Source of the DNA: an uncultured Acidobacteriota bacterium
Lineage (GTDB): Bacteria > Acidobacteriota > Vicinamibacteria > Vicinamibacterales > UBA8438
Assembly: GCA_913043225.1 (NCBI GenBank)
Contig: CAJWLU010000006.1
Coordinates: 96,001-160,000 of the forward strand
Length of the DNA: 64,000 nt
Reading direction: 5' to 3'
Shown: piece by piece, positions 1 through 8,759 of the stretch
Layout: the number at the start of each line of letters is the position of its first letter
Position numbering within the stretch: the stretch's first letter is position 1
Made by a program: the position numbers and the translations under genes
Notes under the pieces: generated by a model
What the model was told of the DNA's origin: nothing
Databases searched by the model: none
What the model saw: the letters and a program-made list of their open reading frames with translations, nothing else

Positions 1-1002
1 TTGCGGTGGATTCAGGACAACATCGCGGCGTTCGGGGGGGATCCGAACCGGGTAACCATCTTCGGTGAGTCGGCCGGTGCCTGGAGCGTGAACTACGTGA
101 CCGCATCGCCGCTGGCGGCGGGCCTGGTGCATGGAGCGATCGGACAGAGCGGAGGCAACTTCGGCCCGGCCGGTTCCATACCGAAGGCGACCGCCGAAGC
201 GGCTGGGGGGCGTTTCGTCGAGGCGCTCCTCGGAGAGGGCACCGAGGTCACCTTGGCGGCGATGCGGGCCGCGAGCGCGGAGGAGGTGCTGGGTGTGCCG
301 ATGCCTCTGAGCCGCGCCACGGTTGACGGCTGGGTGTTTCCGGCGTCGATCTACGAGATCTTCGCGGCGGGAAACCAGATGGACATCCCCGTCATTGTCG
401 GTTCGAACGCTGACGAAGGAACGATGTTCACGCCGCCCGAGGTTGAGCCGGAGGCGTATCGCGCCGGGCTCGGAGGGCAGTTCGGCGATCTTGGCGACGA
501 GTTTCTTGCAACCTATCCGGCCGGAGACACCGATGAGGCATGGGCGAGCCAGGTCGGGCTCTTCACCGACACGACTTTCGGCTGGGAGATGCGAACCTGG
601 GCGCGCATGATGGCGACGGTGCCGTCAGACGCCTACCTGTACTTCTTCAGCCGGAAGCCGCCGACCGCCGAAGGCGATCCCTTTGCCCACTACGGGGCGT
701 ATCACACGGCGGAGATACCGTACGTCTTCGACAATTTCGGGGTGAGCGAGTCGCCGCACGCGGACCGTGCGTGGGACGACACGGACCGCGAGCTATCGAA
801 TGTGCTGGCGTCCTACTGGGTGAACTTCGCGGCCACCGGGGATCCCAACGGTGAAGGACTCCCCGAGTGGCCTGCGTTCGATGCGAATGCCGACGAGGCG
901 CTCGAGATCGGCGACACCATCCAGGTCCGCGCCGGCGTCAGGAAGGCGCGTCTCGACCTCGTAGACAAGCACTACGCCGTTTTACGTGCTGCGGCACCCT
1001 GA
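1..1002 (+). CDS. Type-B carboxylesterase/lipase (5' end outside window)
   Basis: [24 protein letters not shown] nucleophile motif, GSNADEG, catalytic His in [10 protein letters not shown], and a [12 protein letters not shown] tail. Confidence 0.92.
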   Translation: MRWIQDNIAAFGGDPNRVTIFGESAGAWSVNYVTASPLAAGLVHGAIGQSGGNFGPAGSIPKATAEAAGGRFVEALLGEGTEVTLAAMRAASAEEVLGVPMPLSRATVDGWVFPASIYEIFAAGNQMDIPVIVGSNADEGTMFTPPEVEPEAYRAGLGGQFGDLGDEFLATYPAGDTDEAWASQVGLFTDTTFGWEMRTWARMMATVPSDAYLYFFSRKPPTAEGDPFAHYGAYHTAEIPYVFDNFGVSESPHADRAWDDTDRELSNVLASYWVNFAATGDPNGEGLPEWPAFDANADEALEIGDTIQVRAGVRKARLDLVDKHYAVLRAAAP

Positions 1003-1070
1003 CCCCCGCCTGGCACCGGTCTCCGATGAACGAGCAGGCTAGGAACGCACCGGCCTGCCGGGCGCGCACG

Positions 1071-1128
1071 GCCAAACCTACAGAGCGAGGTTTGGCTTAA
1101 GCCAACGCATTGATTCGCTGGCGTTGGC
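1071..1128. terminator. Two tandem hairpins between convergent genes (possible bidirectional terminator)
   Basis: GCCAAACCT/AGGTTTGGC (1071-1096) and GCCAACGC/GCGTTGGC (1101-1128), separated by TTAA. Confidence 0.45.
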
Positions 1129-1159
1129 ACGCCGCGGGGGGGGTGGGCCGAAGCCCCAT

Positions 1160-2110
1160 CTAATCTAGGAGCCCGCTCACGTCGTAGGCGCCGAGCGAGC
1201 TCTGGAACAGGTGCGGCACGATCACGTGCCCGCGCTCGCTGTCGTAGGCGTGGTCGGCAGCCACGCTGTCGCCAAAGTTCATGATCACGCGAACGTCGCC
1301 GGCGCCGCTGACGTGCACGACCTCTCCCGCCATGACGTTGGTCAGGATGTAGCCGCCCTGGCCGTCGAGCTCAATCCCGTCGATGGTGCCGATCGGCTCG
1401 TTCGACAACACCGTCTTCTCGCCGCTGGCGAGATCGAGCGCGAACAGCTGACCTGGCGCGCTGTCGGGAGCGGCCGCCTGCCGCATCGAGCCCACCAGCA
1501 GCCGGTCGCCGTCAACCAGCACACCGTTCGGCGCTTCAACCACGTCGCCTTCGGCGAACACCGAGGCCTCGCCATCGGCGATGGCGTAGATCTTGAGGCC
1601 GTTGCTGTCTGACACGTAGACGGTGCCGTCAGGTCCGGTGGCGACGTCGTTCAGGAACTCGGCGCCTTCGACGGCGATCCGCGAGGTGACCTCAGCGGTT
1701 TCGATGTCGATGCCGATGACCTCATCCAGGTCGGCCACCCAGAGCGTCCCATCGTGCGCTCGAAGGCCCTTGGGGGCATTGAAGCCCGTAGCCCACATGG
1801 CGTCGACGACCTCGCCCTCGGGGGTTAGACGCGCAATATGCCCGTTGCCGTCACGGCCGCCGGGCTCGCCGTCGATTAGCGACACAAAGAGCGCACCGGA
1901 CTCCCCGTGGAGATAGGCGCTTTCTGGCTGGGCCATTCCCTCGTCAAGGAACCACATCGGGGTGGCTGGCGCGGCGGTTAGCGCCTCAGCCTCGGAGGCT
2001 TCAGGCGCGGGAGTCGGCTCGGCTTCCTCCACGGGAGTAGCGGAGCAGGCCAGAGAGAAGGTGGCTAGCAGGGTGAGAGCAGGAAAATGGAGCGTGCGAT
2101 TTCGATTCAT
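1160..2110 (-). CDS. SMP-30/gluconolactonase-like six-bladed beta-propeller lipoprotein
   Basis: ATG at 2110, lipobox SLAC, motifs PES, APKG, FLNDV...DGTVYVSD, PNG, DGIE. Confidence 0.75.
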   Translation of the reverse strand: MNRNRTLHFPALTLLATFSLACSATPVEEAEPTPAPEASEAEALTAAPATPMWFLDEGMAQPESAYLHGESGALFVSLIDGEPGGRDGNGHIARLTPEGEVVDAMWATGFNAPKGLRAHDGTLWVADLDEVIGIDIETAEVTSRIAVEGAEFLNDVATGPDGTVYVSDSNGLKIYAIADGEASVFAEGDVVEAPNGVLVDGDRLLVGSMRQAAAPDSAPGQLFALDLASGEKTVLSNEPIGTIDGIELDGQGGYILTNVMAGEVVHVSGAGDVRVIMNFGDSVAADHAYDSERGHVIVPHLFQSSLGAYDVSGLLD

Positions 2111-2123
2111 TATTGTATTGTAG

Positions 2124-2144
2124 TGAGACTGAGTCTCAGTCTCA
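2124..2144 (-). promoter_or_regulatory. 7-1-7 palindromic operator (Fur-family-like) next to a TACAAT -10 box
   Basis: Perfect TGAGACT-G-AGTCTCA at 2124-2138 plus an extra AGTCTCA to 2144; TACAAT (minus strand) at 2117-2122. Confidence 0.55.
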
Positions 2145-2147
2145 ATA

Positions 2148-3395
2148 TTATAACCCTTTAGGAATCCAGTAATGCGTCGTCCCGGCGTCGACCACCTTGC
2201 GACCGCCGGCGGCGAAGATGGCTTGCTCTGAAACGGCGATGATCCGGTCGATGATCTCGTTGATCGGGGTCTGCACCGGGATCTCGTCCCGGGAGAAGTT
2301 GACGTAGGAGTTGTTGAACGGCGTGTCCCAGGTGCCCGGGCCCAGGTCATGCGTGAACCGGTGCGGGATGGTGGAGCCGCCCTTGAGCACGCCGATGAGA
2401 CCGGCCACCGTCGCTGCCTGGTTGTCGCAGTCGTAGCCGGCGGAGACCGCGATGCCGACGGAGCGCTCGAAGTCGCCCTCGCCGTACAGGATGGCCATGA
2501 TGCCCGTCAGGCCGTTGTTGAGCGAGGACACGACCGAGACCGGCGCCTCGTAATCCCCCTTTGTGTAGCGGTAGTACTTGTCGTGAATCAGCTGGCGGGT
2601 GTCACGCCAGTCCGGATTCTCCTGCCACCAGCGGAGCACGTCGTGCATCCCTTCGGTGAAGGGGCTATCGACGGGGAGCACGTCGAGTGCCATGCGGACC
2701 AGCGCCTCGGTGTCCTGCTCGTAGAACGCCGCGCTGTACATCAGGCCGTAGGCGATGGTCGGGTGCGTGCCCCAGTCGTCGTTGGTGATCCGCGCGCCCC
2801 ACTCGGCCTGTTCAGCCGCCTTGGTCGGCATTGCGGGGTAGAACACGCTCCAGATCTCGTTGACGAGCTGCGGGTCGATCTGAAACCAGTTCTCATTGTT
2901 CTCCTTAGCCCCGGTCGCTGGTGGTACCAGACCTTCGTCCATCAGGGTGCGGGCGGTCCGGTTCGCCACCCAGATGCGGCGGTTGATATGGCGCATCCAG
3001 GCCTGCCCGATCTCCTCGTAGGTGATGTCGAGTCCATGTTCTTCGACCGCATGCAGCGTGACGAACTCGATATCGGTGTCGTCGTCCGACCAAGCGCCGC
3101 CAAACGTCCCGGCGAAAAGGTGCGTGTTCCCCCGCAGGTCGTTCCCGTTGATCTCGAGGTCGCCGCTGTTGGCGGTGGTGTAGTACCGGTCGACGAGGAC
3201 AGGAATCGGTTCCTCGACATACAGGTTCTCGAAAGGGAAACCCAGATAGTTGCCGACGAGCTGGCCGTGCCAGAAGCCTTCGATCTTCTCGCGGAACTCG
3301 TCGGTGGAGATGACGTGGTGGTCGTCCTGTGCGGCGGCGGGTACCGCGGCAAGGAGGCTGGGCAGTAGGACAAGGCCGAGGCAACGGGCGTGCAT
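2148..3395 (-). CDS. ADP-ribosylglycohydrolase family protein with signal peptide
   Basis: SDDDTD and GYDCDNQAATVAGLIG metal motifs; signal peptide ending AAA-QDD; RBS CAGGAG. Confidence 0.85.
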   Translation of the reverse strand: MHARCLGLVLLPSLLAAVPAAAQDDHHVISTDEFREKIEGFWHGQLVGNYLGFPFENLYVEEPIPVLVDRYYTTANSGDLEINGNDLRGNTHLFAGTFGGAWSDDDTDIEFVTLHAVEEHGLDITYEEIGQAWMRHINRRIWVANRTARTLMDEGLVPPATGAKENNENWFQIDPQLVNEIWSVFYPAMPTKAAEQAEWGARITNDDWGTHPTIAYGLMYSAAFYEQDTEALVRMALDVLPVDSPFTEGMHDVLRWWQENPDWRDTRQLIHDKYYRYTKGDYEAPVSVVSSLNNGLTGIMAILYGEGDFERSVGIAVSAGYDCDNQAATVAGLIGVLKGGSTIPHRFTHDLGPGTWDTPFNNSYVNFSRDEIPVQTPINEIIDRIIAVSEQAIFAAGGRKVVDAGTTHYWIPKGL

Positions 3396-3455
3396 CTGGG
3401 ACTCCTGCTGATGGTCGAGCAAAACGGTGATTGTATGTCGAACGGGGGGGCGCGG

Positions 3456-4301
3456 TCAGCCGCGGCGGCCCGCCAGGACGCGCAGCACCGTGGCGGCCAG
3501 GATAAGGAAGGAGCCGGCCAGTGACCACGGATCTGGCTGCTCGCCATGGAACAGCCAGGCCCAGAATGCGCTGGCGACCGGTTCCAGCAGCAGGAGCAGC
3601 GACGCCTCGAGCGCTGGCACGCTGCGCATGCCGCGGGTCATCAGGATGTAGGCCACGCCGATCTGGAAGACGCCGAGATACGCCATCAACCCCCAGTCGA
3701 ACCAGTCAGTCTCCGCCACGGGAAATGCAAGCGGGAGGCACAGGATCGCCGCGATCAAATTGCCAGCGACGACAGCCTTGGCTCCGGCCAGGGGTGACGC
3801 AGCGTTTGCGCCCAGCCAGCGGAGTCCGAGGATAGTCAGGGCCCAGCTTAGCCCGGCGACGGCCCCCAGAAGGTTGCCTAGGCGCGGGTCGGTGGCAGTG
3901 GCCGTAGGGGGAGCCGCGCCGACGAAGAACAGCGCCATTCCGGCTGCCATTGCGAGGATGAGCCAGGCGTCCGAGCGCCGGAGCGGCTCCTTCAGAAGCC
4001 AGGGCCCGAAGACCAGCAGATACATCGGCGCCGTCGACTGGAGAAAGATTGTGTTAGCCGCCGTGGTCAGCTTGTTGGCTAGGACGAAGAGGGTGAGCGT
4101 CGAGGCGTAGGCAGCCCCGACGAGGAGCGTGCGTGGCGCCCAGATGCGACGGGCGCCAGAAACGGTCACCCAGAGGAAGGCGGCCGCGATGAGCGACCGG
4201 AAAGCCGTCACCTGCCAGCTGGTCAACGCGGTGGCCTTGATGATTGTTCCTCCTGTGGAGAACAGGAGGGCGGCGACCAGGATGCTCAGGCGAGGCGACA
4301 C
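3456..4301 (-). CDS. DMT/EamA family transporter
   Basis: About 10 hydrophobic helices; LLKE and LEPV...GE repeats. Confidence 0.9.
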   Translation of the reverse strand: MSPRLSILVAALLFSTGGTIIKATALTSWQVTAFRSLIAAAFLWVTVSGARRIWAPRTLLVGAAYASTLTLFVLANKLTTAANTIFLQSTAPMYLLVFGPWLLKEPLRRSDAWLILAMAAGMALFFVGAAPPTATATDPRLGNLLGAVAGLSWALTILGLRWLGANAASPLAGAKAVVAGNLIAAILCLPLAFPVAETDWFDWGLMAYLGVFQIGVAYILMTRGMRSVPALEASLLLLLEPVASAFWAWLFHGEQPDPWSLAGSFLILAATVLRVLAGRRG

Positions 4302-4343
4302 GTGCGTATAATCGCCTGAAACGGTAATCGAGACGGAGGGGCT

Positions 4344-4844
4344 GTGACCGAGAAGCAGGCGATGATCGGAGCCGTGGTGGGAGTCGCCCTGGTGGGTGGC
4401 ATCGGGGGGTGGATGTTCACCGCCCCGTATCTCGGTAATACCGGACTCTCGCGGACGCCGGGTGTAATCATCGGGGGGACTGAGACGCCGGCTCCTGACG
4501 ACTTCACTCCGCTCAACGATCTAGAGGGGCCGGTCATGATGAAGCTGGCTGGCTTTCCCCCCTTCGTCGTCTACCTGTCTTACGTCGGCACCCCGGAGAT
4601 GGTGATCACGGCGACTCGTCCCGACGGTGGCTACTGGGCTGAGCGGGTGCGTACGGGCAGCGGCGACGGCTGGCTGCGTTTCGCCGGCGAAACCTATCCG
4701 ATGCGGGCCACGGAGGTTATCGGCGACGCCCGGATCCCCTATCTTGAACAGTGGTCCGGTCGTTCCGGGATGCCTATGGACACACCGGTGGGCGGCCCGG
4801 ATCCGCTCCGCGACTGGGAAGTCTTCCTGTGGCGAGCGCGCTAA
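4344..4844 (+). CDS. Hypothetical membrane-anchored protein
   Basis: RBS GGAGG, N-terminal hydrophobic helix, coding-like composition. Confidence 0.7.
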   Translation: MTEKQAMIGAVVGVALVGGIGGWMFTAPYLGNTGLSRTPGVIIGGTETPAPDDFTPLNDLEGPVMMKLAGFPPFVVYLSYVGTPEMVITATRPDGGYWAERVRTGSGDGWLRFAGETYPMRATEVIGDARIPYLEQWSGRSGMPMDTPVGGPDPLRDWEVFLWRAR

Positions 4845-4867
4845 CGCTTTCGGAGGCCTGCTCAAAC

Positions 4868-4950
4868 TAGTGCTGGCGTGCCTCTGCCCGAACTCTAGCC
4901 AGGCTGCTGTAGAGGCCGTAATTCCCCTCGTCGTACGCATACTCGAAGGT
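4868..4950 (-). pseudogene. Degenerate C-terminal remnant of a YACHEGN-family gene
   Basis: Minus strand reads TFEYAYDEGNYGLYSSLARVRAEARQH*, versus LFEYACHEGNYGLYNILAGAQAEARQQ* in 7475..8449. Confidence 0.8.
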
Positions 4951-5207
4951 CGCGCGCCAACGATGTGCGCCCGTCTACACCTGTAGACACGTCCATCAAC
5001 GACTGTGGGTGTAGGCCCATATTGGCTGAGGCGTCCTGGTAGCTTTTCGTCCAGGTGTGATCTTGCGTGGTCTGTTGTGATCCTCGGATGGGCACTCCGA
5101 CTGGTACCTCCCGCAAGAATGGCACGGGTGCGCTCGTTGCAGTGTGCCTAAAGAATCCCCGTGGTTTGGGTCTGGCCCGCATGGCGTGGTCGCGGTCACG
5201 CCGGCTG

Positions 5208-7235
5208 CTATTCGACGACCAGTTGACCGATGGTCCACGGGTGCTCGGTGCAGACGTACTCGTGCTCGCCTGCCGTCTCGATGACGACGGAACCGGAAGC
5301 GCCTGCCGCGATAGGCCCGGTCGTCCACGAGCCATCGCGCGCCGAGATGGTGTGGGTCAGATCGGTCGGGTTGGTCCAGGTGACGGTCGCTCCCCTAGCC
5401 ACCGACGCTCGCATCGGCGTCAATCCGTATGGATCGTGCCATTCATCGTTGCGGCCTGTGTTCTGGTTGCTCTGTGTGGTCAGCCGCTTTAGCTCGATGC
5501 TGTTCGTAGCGTCGACAGGGCCCTGGTGTGGGAAGACGGTGAACGGAGGCTCCTGGGCCGGGCGTGGCCCAATCGTCCCGTCGAGTCTGAATGCCCACAC
5601 CGAGCGGTTCATCGTGAGCGCGACATACTGTACGCCGTCGATCTGGTAGGTGGTGACCGGTCCGCCTCCGTGGCCGTTCGAGCCGAAGATCCCGGTCTGC
5701 CCGGTCTGGAACTGCCACAGCAGATCGCCGGTCCGCTGATCATAGGCGCCCAGGTTTCCGTCAGGCTCGGTGTGGAACATAAGGCCGCTGGCCGTCGTCA
5801 TGGCGCCGCTGCTATTGCAGTCCGAGTAAGGGACGCGGTGCTCCCAGGCCAGCGTGTTCGTACGACTGTCGAGCGCCACGTGCAGACCATGCTGGGTCAG
5901 TCCAGGCGCGCGGACGGTGGTATTGGTGAAGAACCATCCGTTCTCGGGCCGCTTGATCCAGCGGGGATACACGCAGGCCATCCCGTAGAAGTAGCCGGTC
6001 ACGGGACTGTAGGACATCGGGGCGAACCGCATGGTCATGTAGGGAATGAACATATTCGGCAGCTCGGGCGGGATCGGGTCGTAGTAGCAGCCGGCGCGGA
6101 ATCCGTCTGGGATCATGTCCGGATCTACGCACTCCTGACCGACCTTGTCCGCCCCGACTGGGAACGGCTGGGTGGGTGAGGTGTTCAGGAAAGAGTTTTG
6201 AGGGACCGGCCTCTCTTCGATGGGGAAGATCGGCTCGCCGGTCTTCGCGTCGAACATGAAGAGGTAGCCATCGGTGCGCATCGCCGCGAGGGCTCGTGTT
6301 GTTTCTCCCTCCACCATCGCGTCGTAGACGATTAGCGGGGTTGCCATGTCGTGCTCCCACATGTCGTGGTGCACGAGCTGCTGATGCCACCGGTACTCGC
6401 CCGTCTGCAGGTCGAGCGCGATGACCGAAGAGGTGAACAGGTTATCGCCCGGGCGCAGCTCGCCGCCCCACATCGGCACTGCGTTTCCGGACCCGACGTA
6501 GAACATGCCCAGATCCGCGTCGACCGTCGGGGTCATCCACACCCCGCCGCCTCCAAATCTCCAGACATCGCTGTCTACCGGCCAGCTGTCAGCCCCAAGC
6601 TCTCCCGGCTCGGGAACGACCTCGAACGTCCAGCGTCTCTCTCCGGTGCGGGCATCGACCGCAGCAATACGTCCACGCAGATAGCTGTCGCCGTTCGCCA
6701 TGCCGGTGATAACCAGGCCGTCGGCATACGTGGACGGTGACGAGATCCACTGACCCCACTGTCCGTCCACTCCGACGAGGTGTTCCCACGCGAGCTCGCC
6801 GGTCTCTTGGTCGAGCGCGATCAGTCGGGAGTCGTTAAGGCCCGCAAACACCAGCCCGGCCCCGAGCGCGACACCTTTGTTCATCCGCCCGATCGGCGCT
6901 TCGTGACGCCACCGTTCTTCCCCTGTGGTCGCGTCCAGTGCCCGGATGCTGCTTCCGGTTTGGAGAAATACCAGACCGTTCCGCATGACCAGCGCCGACC
7001 GCGACGCCTCGCCCCGGTCCAGGTCAGCCACCCAAGCACCTCGGAGCCGATCGACATTCTCGGTTGTGATTTGGGTCAGGGTCGAATGCCGAGTCTGGCC
7101 GAAGTGTCCACCAGGCAAAGGCCACTCTTCCGCCGGATAGGCCTGCCAGTTCTCGTTCTGGGCGGTTGCCCCCCCAGCTGCGGCGAGACAGAGCACGAGA
7201 AGCACCAGGGACAGTCGTTGAAATGTCATGGTCAC
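5208..7235 (-). CDS. PQQ-dependent dehydrogenase (alcohol DH-like) with C-terminal cupredoxin domain
   Basis: Signal peptide, Trp-docking repeats, GGGGVW, GSGNAVP, RPGDNLFTSS, HHDMWEHD; C-terminal VTWTN..THT...YVCTEHPWTIGQLVVE. Confidence 0.9.
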   Translation of the reverse strand: MTMTFQRLSLVLLVLCLAAAGGATAQNENWQAYPAEEWPLPGGHFGQTRHSTLTQITTENVDRLRGAWVADLDRGEASRSALVMRNGLVFLQTGSSIRALDATTGEERWRHEAPIGRMNKGVALGAGLVFAGLNDSRLIALDQETGELAWEHLVGVDGQWGQWISSPSTYADGLVITGMANGDSYLRGRIAAVDARTGERRWTFEVVPEPGELGADSWPVDSDVWRFGGGGVWMTPTVDADLGMFYVGSGNAVPMWGGELRPGDNLFTSSVIALDLQTGEYRWHQQLVHHDMWEHDMATPLIVYDAMVEGETTRALAAMRTDGYLFMFDAKTGEPIFPIEERPVPQNSFLNTSPTQPFPVGADKVGQECVDPDMIPDGFRAGCYYDPIPPELPNMFIPYMTMRFAPMSYSPVTGYFYGMACVYPRWIKRPENGWFFTNTTVRAPGLTQHGLHVALDSRTNTLAWEHRVPYSDCNSSGAMTTASGLMFHTEPDGNLGAYDQRTGDLLWQFQTGQTGIFGSNGHGGGPVTTYQIDGVQYVALTMNRSVWAFRLDGTIGPRPAQEPPFTVFPHQGPVDATNSIELKRLTTQSNQNTGRNDEWHDPYGLTPMRASVARGATVTWTNPTDLTHTISARDGSWTTGPIAAGASGSVVIETAGEHEYVCTEHPWTIGQLVVE

Positions 7236-7474
7236 CTCGCGAGACTATCGACCGTTCGCGACCGATGTCAACGTGAGCACTCGCTAACTCGCCGACCAAC
7301 TTATCCGGTCGGTTCGGATGGAGGGCTCCAGTAACGGCGTGACGACCTGCTCATGCGGGTGGACGGCCGGCATCAGCGGTCGAGCGGGAACCGCCCGCTA
7401 CCTCCCGCTGGGCTTCTACCTAAACGTCGCTGATTGGGATGCAGCGGCCTGGCGGGCGCGGCGCGGCGCGGCGA

Positions 7475-8449
7475 CTATTGCTGCCGCGCTTCGGCTTGGG
7501 CCCCAGCGAGGATGTTGTAGAGCCCGTAGTTTCCCTCATGGCAGGCGTATTCGAACAGCGTGTCTTCGGTCCGCGCCATCGTCATCTCCGCGCTCCACGG
7601 CTGGGTGAAGGCGGTGGGGTCGTTCACGGTGAACTCGTAGCGCAGTATTCCATCGTCAGGCCGGGTGAACCGCTCGATTAGGTGCATGTTGGGCCCGAGC
7701 GCTTCTAGACGCTCCATGTTCGGGGCCGGGTGCGCGGTGCCGATGTCGCGGAAATTGCGGGTCTCGACCACGAGGGTCTCGCCTTCCCACCGGCCGCGTG
7801 AGTCGCCGCGCCATTGCTGGATGTGCGGGGGGATGGGGTCGCGACCGTCGAGGGGAATCACCCGGACGTCGTTCACCATCTCGTTCATTACGACCACATA
7901 ACCCGGGGCTTGGAAGATGTGGACGAGGTTGTTGTAGGCGCCAGGAATCATCGGCGGGCCAGAGTTAAAGCCCAGGATGCAGCGCTCGTCGATGTCACGG
8001 TCTTCGGGGCCCGCGTTGCGCTCGCGCGCCGCGGCGCGGGCCGCCCTGCGAGCTCGGCCCTCCGCGGTGTAGTCGGGGAGCTGCCCATTGGGCGGGTCGA
8101 CGATGAGTGACGTGCGTCGCGTCCCGACTACCGCGCTACCTCGATCGAACCAGAACTGGTTGTAGGCGCCGGGATCGCCGGGTCGCGGGGCCACCTCGAC
8201 CTGGGCGGCTGCGGCGCGCTGGGCCTCGAACTCGGCGGCTTGTTCGGCGGAGAGAAAGGCCTGATCCCCTAGCGCAGCCGGTCGCAGGAGCGGGGTGACG
8301 GTGCCGAAGTCCCAGATGCCCTGGAGGTTGGGAGTGCCGTCCGACAGTCGGGGAGACGTGCCTTGGCCAGCGACGGGTGACGGTGTCAACTGGGCGGCGA
8401 CGACAACGATGGCGAAAAGCGTAGCGGCGCGGGCACGATGCAGATTCAT
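7475..8449 (-). CDS. Uncharacterised exported protein, YACHEGN family (copy 1)
   Basis: PNLQGIW, YNQFW, RTSLIVDPPNG, ERC, GDSRGRWEGETLVVET, FEYACHEGNY; likely ATG at 8449. Confidence 0.85.
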   Translation of the reverse strand: MNLHRARAATLFAIVVVAAQLTPSPVAGQGTSPRLSDGTPNLQGIWDFGTVTPLLRPAALGDQAFLSAEQAAEFEAQRAAAAQVEVAPRPGDPGAYNQFWFDRGSAVVGTRRTSLIVDPPNGQLPDYTAEGRARRAARAAARERNAGPEDRDIDERCILGFNSGPPMIPGAYNNLVHIFQAPGYVVVMNEMVNDVRVIPLDGRDPIPPHIQQWRGDSRGRWEGETLVVETRNFRDIGTAHPAPNMERLEALGPNMHLIERFTRPDDGILRYEFTVNDPTAFTQPWSAEMTMARTEDTLFEYACHEGNYGLYNILAGAQAEARQQ

Positions 8450-8759
8450 CTGGCGAGTCCCTCCCTTTGAGCCTGTCCATACTAGCTGATCGTCCGGCAG
8501 AGCTCCCGAGATGTCCGGTGTGCGCAGTAGCGACGTGGTCGGCTTCTTCATCTCCAGCCGTTGCGTGAAGCAGCCAGGGGAATCTGAGGGAATTTGTGGG
8601 CCTGTAATTGAATGTCGGAAACGTCCTGAACCGTGGCAGCTTCATTGATTGCAGCGGGGCATGACTTGCTCTTCGTTCAGTTGAGAGACGTCTTATCGTC
8701 TCGTCGGAGCACGCTACGCCTGCAGGTCAAGCTGTGAGAAAGTATGCAGCAAAGCAGCT

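Noticed and set aside
2349..3368. Long antisense and alternative-frame ORFs here and throughout
   Set aside because: Expected in high-GC DNA; they overlap well-supported genes
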